A stretch of DNA of 44,165 bases from a virus (IMGVR_UViG_3300015050_000809:1-44165), one strand, 5' to 3'; shown: positions 8,220-18,934, counted from the stretch's first letter. The notes: generated by a model not told the origin, from the sequence alone. A program made the numbers and translations.

Positions 8220-11200
8220 GTGGCAGACGCCTCATATGTTCGCAGCAGCTTCTTAGGCGGTGAATGGAGCAAATCCGGTCAAGGCCGGATAGACCGCCCC
8301 GACTACGTTACCGCGATGAACGTCTGCCTGAACGGCATCCCGCTCGACTCTGGCGCGTGGACCCGCCGGCCGGGCACGATCCATGCCGGGACGACACGCG
8401 GCGGTTCGGCTGGCCGCGAGGTTGGGTTCAGCTTCCGGGAGAGCGTCCCGTACAAAATGGAATTTACAGACGGATACTTGCGGTTCCGGGTCGGCACAGA
8501 AATTGTGATGACGAATGACGAGCAAGCCGTCGTCAGCATTTCCACCGCAAGTCCTGCGAAGGTTACGACCGGTGTCCACGGTTGGACATCCGGTTTTTCG
8601 CTGCAATTCAATACGCTCGGCACGCCAGACGCGTTGCTAGAAAACCGGACATTTATCGGCACGGTAACGTCGACGACAGAATTCACATTGACGGACGCCA
8701 TCACTGGCGCCGCGATCGACGGGTCTACGTTGGCCACGTTCACCACGGGAAACGTCACACGCATCAAGGAAATTGTAACGCCTTTCACAGGCGCGATTTG
8801 GCAGGACATTCGCTCCGTACAGACGGAGGAACGCGCGGTTCTTCTATGCGGAACGGTGGCGCCGCAGCTTCTGTCGGTCACTACCGAACCCGAGAATGGC
8901 GTGGACGGGTTCGCAGAGTTCTCACTGGATACCGCGAACTTCATCGACGGCCCATACCTCGATCCGCTCGCCAACGGCGTGCAGGTTACACCATCTGCGA
9001 AAACCGGCGTGGTGCAACTGACGCTGGCGTTCGCGGCGTATGACTCGACGAAGGCCTATTCAGTTAATGACTTCGTTACGTCCTCATCGGTCAACTACAA
9101 GTCACTGGTCGACCAAAACGTCGGCAACACGCCAGCGTCGAGCCCGAGCCAATGGCTGGCCGTTGCGGCTTCGCAAGCTATCGGGCCGAACGGGTTTGTT
9201 GCGACCGATATCGGACGCCATGTCCGACTTTTTTCCGAACCGCCCGAGTGGGTTGTTGGTGGGTCGTACACCGCTGTCACCTCGGTCGTGAAATACAACA
9301 ATGCCTATTACACATGCTTGACCAATAACACGGGCACGCTCGCTAACGCGCCCGGCATTTCCGTCACGAATTGGGGTGTCAATCCGCAGGGGGCTCTTTG
9401 GAGCTGGGGTAAAATAACGGGACTGCTCAATCAGATCAGCCAATCACTCTCCGGTGCGTCGAATATTGGCGACCTGACGCTAAACGGGGGATTGGCCGCT
9501 GCCTTCAATGGAAACATAAATCAAACGTCCGCGTCGTGCGCTTTAGCCCTCAACACACTGTCCGGCTCTGCAACCGTGAACATGGTTGCGTATATTGGGC
9601 GGAGCTTTGCCTCCGCATCTGATCAAAAAATTGCGTCAGTCACAGTGTTTCCCCCGTCGAATAAACAGATGTGCGTTCTGTCGTCGTTGGGCGGTGGTGG
9701 TATTAGGTTTCTTACGCCTCGCCTTGATTTGTACGGCAGTGCGACGTTGCCCGCACATCGCTCAGATGGAACGCTGCTCGGGTCGACACCAATCCCTATT
9801 GACCCGTCCGGTCTTTTCGCGGGTATTTCCCCGGTGACGATCGTGTCGTCAGATACGACGACCGCATGGAAATATGTGTGGGTTTCCTATAACGGAACTT
9901 ATGTAACATCTGCGGCAACAACTTACTTGGAGTTATATTGCGGGCAGTTGCAGATGTTCAACCCGAGCGGCACCGGCAGTAGCGGATCTGCTGTCAACGC
10001 AGAAATCCTCGGCCCAGCGCTGCTCTATACAACCAACGTCACCACTTGGCGCCTAGGAATGTTTGGCGGGACGGTTGGGTGGCCGCGGTGCGGTACGTAT
10101 CATGAGGGCCGTTTGTGGCTATCAGGATCGGTCAGGAACCGCATTGACGGCAGTAAACCGATCGACAGTACAATCAATGTTTTCAATTTCGCGCCGACCG
10201 AAAAGGACGGGACCGTTACAGATGCGAGCGCGATCTCGTACACGTTCCGCGCCAAGGGGGTGAACTCGATCCTTTGGATGGAGTCGGATCAGCAGGGCAT
10301 CTTATGCGGCACGCAGGCCGGCAAATGGCTTGTGCAGGCGTCGGCGAACAACAACGTCCTGACCGTGACAAGCATCCAGGCGCATCCGGTGCCGAGCGAC
10401 GGCTGCGCCAATGTCGAACCGGCGCGAACCGGCCTCACGCTGTCGGTGATCCATCGCTACAAGCACAAAATCATGGAGTATTTTGCCGACGTGTTCTCGG
10501 GCAAGTTTGCATCGCAAAATCTATCGCTGATGGCAAAGCATCTGGCGACACGGGGCATTGAGCGCATCGCGTTTCAAGAAGAATTGACGCCGACGATCTG
10601 GGCGCAGTGCGCAGACAATACGTTGATTGGCGCGTCATATAAGCGCGAAAGCCTTGTCTCGTCGCAAGGGCCGACCTTTATCGGATGGCACAGAACGACG
10701 CTTGGGTCCGGTCGTGATGTGGAGGGGGTATGCGTCGGGCCGTCGTCGGACGGTCTGCTTGATAGCCTTTCGCTTGTGACAAATGACCCTGCCACCGGCA
10801 TTCGCCATGTCGAGGTCATGAGTAATCTTTGGGAGGAAGAATCCGACATATCGGCGTCATGGTTCGTCGACGATGGGGTGGCGCCAACGATAACTCAGAA
10901 CGTCGTGTTCGGCGGCGTGTCGACCATGCGGTGTTCTGGCCTTTGGCATCTGAACGGAAAGACGGTTGCGGTCGTCGCGGGAGGTTTGGACCTCGGCGAT
11001 TATCTGGTGACGGACGGCGCTTGTTCGGTGCCGTATGGCGTGGCCAACGGCCTGTTCACCACTGCATTCGTCGCATCGTTCACGGACGGGATGCCTGTCG
11101 CGGTCGGCTTCACCTATAACTCGGACGGTCAAATTGTGCGGCCGTCGTCGCCGCAGGAGAGTGGCGCGCGTAACGGCCCGGCAATGGGTAAGAAGCGTCG

Positions 11201-11456
11201 CACCGAGCAGTTCTCGGCGCTATTGCAGGACACGCAAGGCATCTCGTTCGGCACCACATTTGCCGCCTTGAAGCCCGCGCTTTTCAAGGCACCGGGCGGA
11301 GCGGCCTATGCAGAAAATGCTCTCTACTCGGGGACGTTCTGGCGCGAACTCCAAGACGACTACAGCTTCGACAGCATGATTTGCTGGCGCGTGTCCCGTC
11401 CATATCCGGCAACAGTGTGCGCGATCAGCGGCTACTTGAGCACGCAGGATAGATAA
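8220..11456 (+). CDS. Tail tubular protein B-like (nozzle/stabilization) with inserted accessory domains
   Basis: SFLGGEWS, N..P..SG..TRRPGT, WPRCG.YHEGRLW, GWHR and SGLWHLNGKTV motifs of T7 gp12/P22 gp10-like proteins. Confidence 0.82.
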   Translation: MADASYVRSSFLGGEWSKSGQGRIDRPDYVTAMNVCLNGIPLDSGAWTRRPGTIHAGTTRGGSAGREVGFSFRESVPYKMEFTDGYLRFRVGTEIVMTNDEQAVVSISTASPAKVTTGVHGWTSGFSLQFNTLGTPDALLENRTFIGTVTSTTEFTLTDAITGAAIDGSTLATFTTGNVTRIKEIVTPFTGAIWQDIRSVQTEERAVLLCGTVAPQLLSVTTEPENGVDGFAEFSLDTANFIDGPYLDPLANGVQVTPSAKTGVVQLTLAFAAYDSTKAYSVNDFVTSSSVNYKSLVDQNVGNTPASSPSQWLAVAASQAIGPNGFVATDIGRHVRLFSEPPEWVVGGSYTAVTSVVKYNNAYYTCLTNNTGTLANAPGISVTNWGVNPQGALWSWGKITGLLNQISQSLSGASNIGDLTLNGGLAAAFNGNINQTSASCALALNTLSGSATVNMVAYIGRSFASASDQKIASVTVFPPSNKQMCVLSSLGGGGIRFLTPRLDLYGSATLPAHRSDGTLLGSTPIPIDPSGLFAGISPVTIVSSDTTTAWKYVWVSYNGTYVTSAATTYLELYCGQLQMFNPSGTGSSGSAVNAEILGPALLYTTNVTTWRLGMFGGTVGWPRCGTYHEGRLWLSGSVRNRIDGSKPIDSTINVFNFAPTEKDGTVTDASAISYTFRAKGVNSILWMESDQQGILCGTQAGKWLVQASANNNVLTVTSIQAHPVPSDGCANVEPARTGLTLSVIHRYKHKIMEYFADVFSGKFASQNLSLMAKHLATRGIERIAFQEELTPTIWAQCADNTLIGASYKRESLVSSQGPTFIGWHRTTLGSGRDVEGVCVGPSSDGLLDSLSLVTNDPATGIRHVEVMSNLWEEESDISASWFVDDGVAPTITQNVVFGGVSTMRCSGLWHLNGKTVAVVAGGLDLGDYLVTDGACSVPYGVANGLFTTAFVASFTDGMPVAVGFTYNSDGQIVRPSSPQESGARNGPAMGKKRRTEQFSALLQDTQGISFGTTFAALKPALFKAPGGAAYAENALYSGTFWRELQDDYSFDSMICWRVSRPYPATVCAISGYLSTQDR

Positions 11457-11972
11457 ATGGCATTCGGATCAGGAACGATCGGAGCGTTTGGCGGCGCGGT
11501 TAGTGACCTTTTCCAGTCGCAGGCCACGGCGAAAGGCTTGCGGCTCAAGGGGCAGGGCAACCGCGTTGAAGCGGACAACTACGATATCGCGGCAGACTTG
11601 GCCGAGAAAAACCTGCAATTCACGCAGCAGTCGACGCAGATCAAAGAGGCCATGGCCGATCGGCAGATTTACATGGGCATGGGAACAACTGAGGCGGGGA
11701 TTGCTGGCGCTGGTTTTCAGAACACCGGCAGCGCGCTCGATCTGATGCGGTCCGGTGCTGCGCAGGGCGCGCTGCAAAAGCAGGTCATGAGCCAGCAAGG
11801 TCTTATCACCGAGGAAGGCTACAAGACGCAAATTCAGTCCTACGGAAAACTTGCCGAATACGCGCGCTATGCCGCCGGCGTGCAGGATGAGATGGCCGAT
11901 GATGCCATTACCGCCGGTAAATGGAGCGCAGGCTTCAAGGCGGCATCCGGCATTGCAAGCCTGTTTCTTTAA
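11457..11972 (+). CDS. Putative internal virion (ejection) protein
   Basis: Gly/Ala/Gln-rich 171 aa with AGAGF..TGSALD motif; follows tail tubular B. Confidence 0.65.
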   Translation: MAFGSGTIGAFGGAVSDLFQSQATAKGLRLKGQGNRVEADNYDIAADLAEKNLQFTQQSTQIKEAMADRQIYMGMGTTEAGIAGAGFQNTGSALDLMRSGAAQGALQKQVMSQQGLITEEGYKTQIQSYGKLAEYARYAAGVQDEMADDAITAGKWSAGFKAASGIASLFL

Positions 11973-11981
11973 GGAAACGAT

Positions 11982-13613
11982 ATGCCGAATATTAAGGTCT
12001 ACGATCCTGAAATTGGCGGACTGCAAGTCGACGAGCGAGGCGTCAACGCGGCGCTCCAGGCCGCGCGCCGTGGCAGTGCCGCATATAACGAGGCTGCCGA
12101 AGCGGTATCAGCGGTCGGCAATATGCAAGGCCGCATGGCCGAGAGCACGATCAAGACCGTCGGGAACGAGGTCGTCGACTATTTGCAGCACCGCGAAGTC
12201 AGTCAGGGCTCGGCGGCGTATGCCGGTCTCAATGACAAGCTGACGCAGCAGTGGAATGAGATTGCAAAAAAGGCTGATCCGAATGACCCGACCGTCGCCC
12301 AGCAATTCCGCGAGACGGTGCTTGAGCCGGAACTTGAGAAATTTGGCCAATCGTTTTTGACCGAAGGCGGGCAGAAGTGGGCCGAGACCCGCGTCGCGTC
12401 GCTACGCAATCATATGTTCGAGAAGACCGCCGCCGACATGGGAACGCTCGCGGCCGGCGCCGTCGCGCAGAACGTCCGGCAAATGTCGAATAGCATGTCG
12501 AATACGGCAATGACGGACCCGTCGTCCGTCCCGCATTTGCTTGAAGGTATCAACAGTTCTGTCGGCGCGATGGTCGATAGCAGCCCGTACCTCAAGGGTG
12601 CGGCCGGCGCGCGGGCGCGTATGGAACTGACCGAGAAAATGCGCGAGGGCATCGTCGAGGCCGGCGCGATCGGTGCAATCCAGAGAGCCGCCGATCCGGA
12701 AGCCGAGGCCAAGAAATGGGGCGAGCGGTATCCGCAATTCATCAGCGGGGACAAGCTCAAGGCGTTGTCAGCGAACGCTCGGCAGCAAATGCGCGCGGAT
12801 CGCGCGGACGAGAACAATACTCGCGTTTTGCAAGAGCGGGAGGCGGCCAAGGCGTCGGACAAACGCGAGACAGAATACCTGCAAAAGCTCTACAGCGATG
12901 ACCCAAAAGAACTGAGCCAGGTTTCCACGAAGGCTGTGGTCAACGACCCGACATTGAGCCGCACGGCCAAGGAACGGATGATCGGCGTCATCAATCGTGA
13001 GTTCAAGCCTGAGACGGCGGCACAGGCGTCGAATACGAACGCCATGGGATACCTTGATCGGCTGCGGCGGCCGGAAGGTGACCCGGATCGCATCGACAGC
13101 CTTGAGCCGCTTTATAAGGCACGCATCGACGGCAAGCTGAACAAGACCGATTTCGAAATGCTGCGCAAGGAATTTGCCGAGGTCCGCACCCCGGAAGGCG
13201 AGCGGCTGACCACGCGCAAGACAGCATTTATGAACGCGGTCAAAAGCTCGATCACTGGATCAAACCCGCTCATGGGCAAGATCGACAAGGACGGTGATCT
13301 GAACAGCTACCGGCTCATGGTCGACCTCGACACCAAGATTGCCGAGTACAAGAAGGCCGGCAAGAACCCCTACGACCTGCTCGACCCGTCGAAGCCGGAC
13401 TACATGGGCCGGCCCGAGGCGCTGCAGCCTTACCAGAAGACGCTGCAGGAATCGATCAGGGGGCAAGCCGCCAAGCTGTCCAGCGGCAGCAAAAACCTGA
13501 CTGGGCCCGGAACTACCATCACCGGCATTGAGGTGACAAACGCGCCGGCCATCTCGCCTCGCAAGCCAGGCGAAAGTCCGGCCGATTACCTCAAGCGCAC
13601 CGGCGGTCGCTAA
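11982..13613 (+). CDS. Putative internal virion (ejection) protein
   Basis: MPNIKVYD start, helical 543 aa, position in the module. Confidence 0.65.
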   Translation: MPNIKVYDPEIGGLQVDERGVNAALQAARRGSAAYNEAAEAVSAVGNMQGRMAESTIKTVGNEVVDYLQHREVSQGSAAYAGLNDKLTQQWNEIAKKADPNDPTVAQQFRETVLEPELEKFGQSFLTEGGQKWAETRVASLRNHMFEKTAADMGTLAAGAVAQNVRQMSNSMSNTAMTDPSSVPHLLEGINSSVGAMVDSSPYLKGAAGARARMELTEKMREGIVEAGAIGAIQRAADPEAEAKKWGERYPQFISGDKLKALSANARQQMRADRADENNTRVLQEREAAKASDKRETEYLQKLYSDDPKELSQVSTKAVVNDPTLSRTAKERMIGVINREFKPETAAQASNTNAMGYLDRLRRPEGDPDRIDSLEPLYKARIDGKLNKTDFEMLRKEFAEVRTPEGERLTTRKTAFMNAVKSSITGSNPLMGKIDKDGDLNSYRLMVDLDTKIAEYKKAGKNPYDLLDPSKPDYMGRPEALQPYQKTLQESIRGQAAKLSSGSKNLTGPGTTITGIEVTNAPAISPRKPGESPADYLKRTGGR

Positions 13614-16600
13614 TGTCAGAAATCGATAATCTGCGCGCGGCCGGGTTCAATGACGAGGAAGTCGGCATGTGGGCGGCCGAGAAGCGCGACACGCTGACGG
13701 CTGCCGGGTTCAAGGACAACGAGATCGATGCCTATCTGGTCGGTGGCGTCACCGTGCCGGACGAGGCGCCGGACGCGCTGGTGCGCCGTGTGGACGAGGG
13801 CGAGGCCGCGCGCGCGCGCGAGGGCGGCCTGATGCAGACCATTCCGCAGTTCTCTCACATGATGGGCACGGCGGAAGGCCGGTCGCGGCTTTGGGATGCC
13901 GTAAAGCAATATCCCGCGCATTTCATGAAGGGCATGGTCGACCAGTTGAAGGTGCCCGGTGACGTCGAGAAAGGCGTCATCGACCTCAACACGCCAGAGG
14001 GGCAGGATCAGGCCATCGGCCTTGGTGCGCTCATCGGCCTCGGGCGGCTGAATAAGCTCTCCACGACGGGCAAAACATCGGGCCTGTCGGTGAACATGGG
14101 CGAACCGGTGGCGCGCATCGAGCGCACGCCGACGGGCGAGATCATCGACGTGCCGGTCGGCACCCTGCCGCGGTCGGCGGATTTTGTGGATACCGCGCGC
14201 ACGATCGGCGGCGACGCTCGCATGCCGGTGCAGGAAAAGCTGCTCGACCTTTACCAGGAGAAGGGTATCCATCCGGCCGAGGTGGCCGCAGACGCCGCGC
14301 GCGACCCGGTGGTGAAGCAAAGCATCCTGTCGAGCGAGAAGGCCGACCTGCCAAACTACCGCACCGCCGAGGCCCCGCCGCCCGAGAAACCGCCCACGCC
14401 GCCACCGAAGACCCCGGAGCCGCCCGAGCCCGGCTCGTTCGAAGCCGCGCAAAAGGCCGTGCTCGACAAAGTAAGCGTCGGCGAGCGCGATGCGCGCCCG
14501 ATGTCGTGGAGCAAGCTTTACACCGAGGCCATCGACGATCTGCACCCGATCCGGGCGGTGAGCGACGATGCCTACCAACTGGCGCGCCTCACGCGCGGCC
14601 AGTTCGGCAAGGCCGAGCATTTCCTTGAGCAGGGGACGTTTGAGTTCAACACGCTCAAGACGAACGGCAAACCTCTCAAGGAAATCCTCGCCCCGGTGCG
14701 CGACGACCTTGAGGGCATGCGTGCCTATCTGACGGCTTCCCGCGCCTTAGAGATCGAGGGCCAAGGCAAGAAGTCCGGCATCGATACGGCAGCCGCCAAA
14801 CAGGTTGTCACCGACGGCGAGGCTAAATACGGCAAGGCGGCGGCCGAGATCGTGGAATTCCAGCAAAAGCAGATCCAGTACCTGCGGGATTCCGGCGTGC
14901 TATCGGACAAGGCGTATGACGCCATGACCGCCGCCAACAAGAACTACGTGCCGTTCTACCGCGTGTTCGGTGCCGAGGAAGGCGGGCCGGGCGGCGCCGG
15001 CAAGGGCTTTGGGCCCGGCAACCCGCTCAAAAAGCTTGAGGGGTCTGACCGCGGCATCGTCGACCCCCTCGAAAGCATCATCAAAAACACATACGCCTAC
15101 GTGTCGATCGCCGAGCGCAACGCCGTCGGCGTCAGGATCATCGAGACGCTGCAGGAACAGGGCCTCAAGGCCGAGGCCAAGCCGCCGGTGCGCGGCCGGG
15201 CCGAAGCCGATATGGTCGACTATCTCAAGCAGAACGGCGTGCCAGATGCTGAGGCGCTGATCGACTTCGTAAAGGCCACGGCTGCCGATGACGGCACAAC
15301 AATCAGCGCGTGGAAGGACGGCAAGCGTATCTCGGTAGAAACCGGCGACGCCGCGCTGGTGCAGGCTTTCCGGGGCCTCGACGAGCAGAGCGTGGGACTG
15401 CTGACCAAGATATTCGCGGTTCCGGCCCGCACCCTCCGGGCCGGCGCGGTGCTGTCGCCAGACTTCATGGCGCGCAACGTGACGCGCGACTTCATGACGG
15501 CGTTCATCAACTCCAAGGGCGTGTTCTCGCCGTTGGACACGATCAAGGGCGCCAAGAGCTACCTGGGCAAGGACGACGTCTATTCGAATTGGGTGAAGTC
15601 GGGCGGTGCGAACGCCACGATGGTCGCGCTCGATCGCCGCTATATGCAGGAGAGCCTATCGAAGCTGACTGCGGAAACCGGCCTCGGTACACGCGCTTGG
15701 AACGTCGTCTCGCACCCGATTGAAAGTACATTGAAGCCGCTACGGATGATGTCCGAACTGCTCGAGAACGCCACCCGCATCGGCGAGTTCAAGAAAGCGC
15801 TGGGCGAGGGCGCCAGCAAGGAAGCGATGCAATCGGCGGCCTATGCCAGCCGCGAGGTGACGCTCGACTTCGCCCGCATCGGCGCCCGCATGCGCGGCTA
15901 CAACATGGTGACGGCTTTCGCCAACGCGCAGATCCAGGGCATGGATCGGATCGGCCGCGCCTTCATCGACCGGCCGGTCAACACCACCGCCAAGGTCGCC
16001 GGCGGCATCGTCCTGCCCTCGGTGCTGTTGTGGTACGCCAACCACGGCGACCAGCGGTATGAGGAATTGCCGGACTGGCAGAAAGACCTGTTCTGGATCG
16101 TGCTCACCGATAAGTGGGAACCGGTCTCGGCGCTCGACGCGCAGAACAAACCGGAGCATCTGCTGCGACAGGGCAAGGGCGGATGGGAGGTCAATAACGG
16201 CCACATCTGGCGCATCCCCAAGCCGTTCGAACTCGGCGTGCTGTTCGGGTCCGGCACCGAGCGCATGCTCTCGGCCACACTCGGCAAGGACAAGGAAGCG
16301 TTCGATGGCTTCTCCAAATCGATGCAGTCCGTGCTGACGCCCAGCTTCGTGCCGACCGCGGTACAGCCGGTGTTCGAGCAATGGGCGAACCGTTCGGCGT
16401 TCACCGATCGTACGCTGATCCCGGCCGACGTGGAGAAGCAGCTCCCCGAATATCAGTACACGCCGTACACCACGGAACTCGCGAAGAAGCTCGGGCAGAT
16501 CGTGTCCGCGTTCCCCGGTCTGCGCGAGGCCTCGGTCGAGCCTGGCGCGGTCGGTGGCCCCGCAGCGCGGGCGCTCAGTTCGCCAATCCTGATCGAGAAC

Positions 16601-17095
16601 TACGTGCGGTCATGGACGGGCGGCCTCGGCATGTACGCCCTGCAGGCGGCGGATATGGCCCTACGCAAGACCGGTGCGCTGCCAGACCCGGTGACGCCAA
16701 CTCCCACGCTGGCCGACATCCCGTTCGTTCGTGCCTTCGCCGTGCGCTACCCATCGGCCGGCACGGAGTCGATACAGAAATTCTACGACGAGCACGAGCG
16801 CGACAAGCGCTATTTCGACACATGGATGGCCAAGGCCAAGGAGGGGGACGCGGACGCCATGGGGCGGATCGAGGCCGCCGGCGGGCCACGCATGTTCCTG
16901 CGGCTTGATGCCATCAAGGAGGTGCTGTCGCAGCACTCCAAGCTTGTGCGCGACGTATACAAAAATTCGGAAATTCCAGCGCCGGAAAAGCGGCAACTCA
17001 TCGACGGCCTCTATTACAGCATGATCGAGATCGGCAAGGGCGGGCGCGATATGCTCAGGCAGTCTAAAGAGGCGCTTGCAAAGCCCACTGAATAA
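13613..17095 (+). CDS. Large ejection protein with LPD38-like C-terminal domain
   Basis: 1160 aa; NYVPFYR, ENATRIGEF, REVTLDFAR.G and RIPKPFELGVLFG motifs. Confidence 0.75.
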   Translation: MSEIDNLRAAGFNDEEVGMWAAEKRDTLTAAGFKDNEIDAYLVGGVTVPDEAPDALVRRVDEGEAARAREGGLMQTIPQFSHMMGTAEGRSRLWDAVKQYPAHFMKGMVDQLKVPGDVEKGVIDLNTPEGQDQAIGLGALIGLGRLNKLSTTGKTSGLSVNMGEPVARIERTPTGEIIDVPVGTLPRSADFVDTARTIGGDARMPVQEKLLDLYQEKGIHPAEVAADAARDPVVKQSILSSEKADLPNYRTAEAPPPEKPPTPPPKTPEPPEPGSFEAAQKAVLDKVSVGERDARPMSWSKLYTEAIDDLHPIRAVSDDAYQLARLTRGQFGKAEHFLEQGTFEFNTLKTNGKPLKEILAPVRDDLEGMRAYLTASRALEIEGQGKKSGIDTAAAKQVVTDGEAKYGKAAAEIVEFQQKQIQYLRDSGVLSDKAYDAMTAANKNYVPFYRVFGAEEGGPGGAGKGFGPGNPLKKLEGSDRGIVDPLESIIKNTYAYVSIAERNAVGVRIIETLQEQGLKAEAKPPVRGRAEADMVDYLKQNGVPDAEALIDFVKATAADDGTTISAWKDGKRISVETGDAALVQAFRGLDEQSVGLLTKIFAVPARTLRAGAVLSPDFMARNVTRDFMTAFINSKGVFSPLDTIKGAKSYLGKDDVYSNWVKSGGANATMVALDRRYMQESLSKLTAETGLGTRAWNVVSHPIESTLKPLRMMSELLENATRIGEFKKALGEGASKEAMQSAAYASREVTLDFARIGARMRGYNMVTAFANAQIQGMDRIGRAFIDRPVNTTAKVAGGIVLPSVLLWYANHGDQRYEELPDWQKDLFWIVLTDKWEPVSALDAQNKPEHLLRQGKGGWEVNNGHIWRIPKPFELGVLFGSGTERMLSATLGKDKEAFDGFSKSMQSVLTPSFVPTAVQPVFEQWANRSAFTDRTLIPADVEKQLPEYQYTPYTTELAKKLGQIVSAFPGLREASVEPGAVGGPAARALSSPILIENYVRSWTGGLGMYALQAADMALRKTGALPDPVTPTPTLADIPFVRAFAVRYPSAGTESIQKFYDEHERDKRYFDTWMAKAKEGDADAMGRIEAAGGPRMFLRLDAIKEVLSQHSKLVRDVYKNSEIPAPEKRQLIDGLYYSMIEIGKGGRDMLRQSKEALAKPTE

Positions 17096-17114
17096 GCAGG
17101 GGCTGGCGGAACTA

Positions 17115-17318
17115 TCAAAGTTCCGGCTGCACTTCGTATTTGTCCAATTCCGTTAATAGGACGTCGAACTTCCCCGCGCACTTTTCACACGTGAATATGT
17201 AATAATAGCCATCGTGCCCGTCGAATTGCGGGATGGCGTTTTCAGTTTTCAGGGGATTGCTTACGCCGCAGTGCGGACAATTTTTCGCGCGGACTGGTGA
17301 AGCCTTTTTGTTTTCCAT
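17115..17318 (-). CDS. AT-rich moron-like Zn-ribbon protein
   Basis: CPHC...CEKC; opposite strand to the late operon; visibly lower GC. Confidence 0.65.
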   Translation of the reverse strand: MENKKASPVRAKNCPHCGVSNPLKTENAIPQFDGHDGYYYIFTCEKCAGKFDVLLTELDKYEVQPEL

Positions 17319-17425
17319 GACCTGCCTTTTCCAACGGATTTTCCAGTTCCCACTTTACGGGTTCGCTCGCAGATGAGCAACCGGGCTACGCTCATCAGGG
17401 TGTGCAAATAGCACTCTCCCGGCGG

Positions 17426-17458
17426 GTGCGTTGCTCGTCAGGGTAGTGCTGGCATGGT
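17426..17458 (+). promoter_or_regulatory. Putative late promoter for the lysis cassette
   Basis: GTGCGTTGC 17426-17434; TTGCTC-N16-CATGGT; ATG 6 nt downstream. Confidence 0.65.
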
Positions 17459-17464
17459 CGGGGC

Positions 17465-18238
17465 ATGCTCTTGCTCACTCCCATAGCCGTGCGGCAAATC
17501 TTTCCACAGGCACCGCAGTCAGTCGTCGACGCCTTTGCGTCGAACGAGGGCCAGCTTCGTCTGCATTCCGCCGGCATCACCGACAATGCCGTGCGGCTGG
17601 CCGTGGCGATGGCTCATTGCCATCATGAGACCGGCGGTTTCACGATCCGCAATCTCACTGAGAACATCAACTATTCCGCCGACCGCATGGCCGTGGTCTG
17701 GCCGAACCGCTTTGCATCCGCAGAAGCCGTGCGCGCCAAGTATGGCACCGCGCCCGGCTGGCAAAAGAAGGCCTTCGACGACATCTACGGCAACCGCATG
17801 GGCAACCGGCCCGGCACCTCTGACGGCTCGGCATTCATCGGCCGGGGCGCGCCGCAGATCACCGGCCGGGATGGCTATCGCGAAGTCGGCAAGCGGGCAG
17901 GGTTGCCGCTTGAGGCGCAGCCAGAGTTGGCCTGCCTGCCCGTGAACCAGCCTGCAATTCTCGCTGCCTTCTGGATGTGGAAGGCGATGGGTCCGCTCGC
18001 GGACGCCGGCGGCATCGACGCCACGGTGCGCCCTTGGAACGGCGGGACCAATGGCCTTGTCGACCGCAAGGCGCAGTATACCCGCATCCTGCCGATCGTG
18101 CGCAAGCTTGTCGACGTTCCGGCGCTGCCGGATGTGCCGTCACCAGCACCGGCCAGGCCGTCTGCACCGGTACAGGTGCCATCGCTCATCGAGATCATCA
18201 TCAAATTTATCATCGCTCTTTTTCGGAGGCCATCATGA
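17465..18238 (+). CDS. Endolysin, glycoside hydrolase family 19
   Basis: HETGG, ENINYS, YGNRMGN and FIGRG..QITGRDGY motifs; Pro linker and hydrophobic C-terminal helix. Confidence 0.88.
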   Translation: MLLLTPIAVRQIFPQAPQSVVDAFASNEGQLRLHSAGITDNAVRLAVAMAHCHHETGGFTIRNLTENINYSADRMAVVWPNRFASAEAVRAKYGTAPGWQKKAFDDIYGNRMGNRPGTSDGSAFIGRGAPQITGRDGYREVGKRAGLPLEAQPELACLPVNQPAILAAFWMWKAMGPLADAGGIDATVRPWNGGTNGLVDRKAQYTRILPIVRKLVDVPALPDVPSPAPARPSAPVQVPSLIEIIIKFIIALFRRPS

Positions 18239-18864
18239 ACTGGCAAGACATCGCGGGCCCGCTCGCATCGATCGGCGCGCCGACGCTCGGCAAGATACTC
18301 GGTGGGCTCATCCCTATTCCGGGCGGCGCCATCCTCGGCGAATGGGCAGGCAATGCCCTTGCTGAGGCATTGAACGTCCCCGCTACGCCGGAAGCTGTCA
18401 GCAAGGCTATTGCTGCTGATCCGGTTGCTGCCGCTCACACTGTTGCAAAGGTCGAGGCTGAAGCGTCCGCGAAGTGGCAGGCGCAGGCTGACATCGCCAA
18501 GGCGCAAGCCGAGGTCGGTAAGGCCCAGGTCGAGCAGGTCAATGAAACGATCCGCGCCGAAGCCTCGAAGCCGGACGGATGGTGGGGCAGTTGGCGCACG
18601 GTGCTGGCCTACGAACTCGCCGTCGAATGTCCGCTTTGGGCCGCGCTGATTATGTATTCGGTCGCGATCGACAAGGCCGGTGTGTCGGACCTCATGATGG
18701 CGTCGGGACTTATCATGACGTGGTGGGGCGCGCGTTTCGGCGTCCTCGGCGTTCATGTCTGGACTGGCTCGAACGAGCGTCAGGTCGCAATGACCGGCGC
18801 CCCCACGGGCGGCGTCGCCGGCGGCATCAGCAATCTGGTCAAAGCCATCACGGGCAAGAAGTAA
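18235..18864 (+). CDS. Putative holin (3TM family-like)
   Basis: ATGA overlap with endolysin; APTLG..LGG..PGG N-terminus, VNETIRAE...WR motif and two hydrophobic segments. Confidence 0.7.
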   Translation: MNWQDIAGPLASIGAPTLGKILGGLIPIPGGAILGEWAGNALAEALNVPATPEAVSKAIAADPVAAAHTVAKVEAEASAKWQAQADIAKAQAEVGKAQVEQVNETIRAEASKPDGWWGSWRTVLAYELAVECPLWAALIMYSVAIDKAGVSDLMMASGLIMTWWGARFGVLGVHVWTGSNERQVAMTGAPTGGVAGGISNLVKAITGKK

Positions 18865-18934
18865 AACAGCGGGCTGAGCAGGCGCTTCCGACGTCTGCCC
18901 AGCCCTAGCCGCCACGATCCGAAGGAGGACCGCT

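Noticed and set aside
5883-11456. Diversity-generating retroelement, expected from the BPP-1-like head genes
   Set aside because: No reverse transcriptase and no TR/VR pair differing at adenines was seen
14365-14435. C-rich repeats in the large ejection gene
   Set aside because: Encodes a Pro-rich linker
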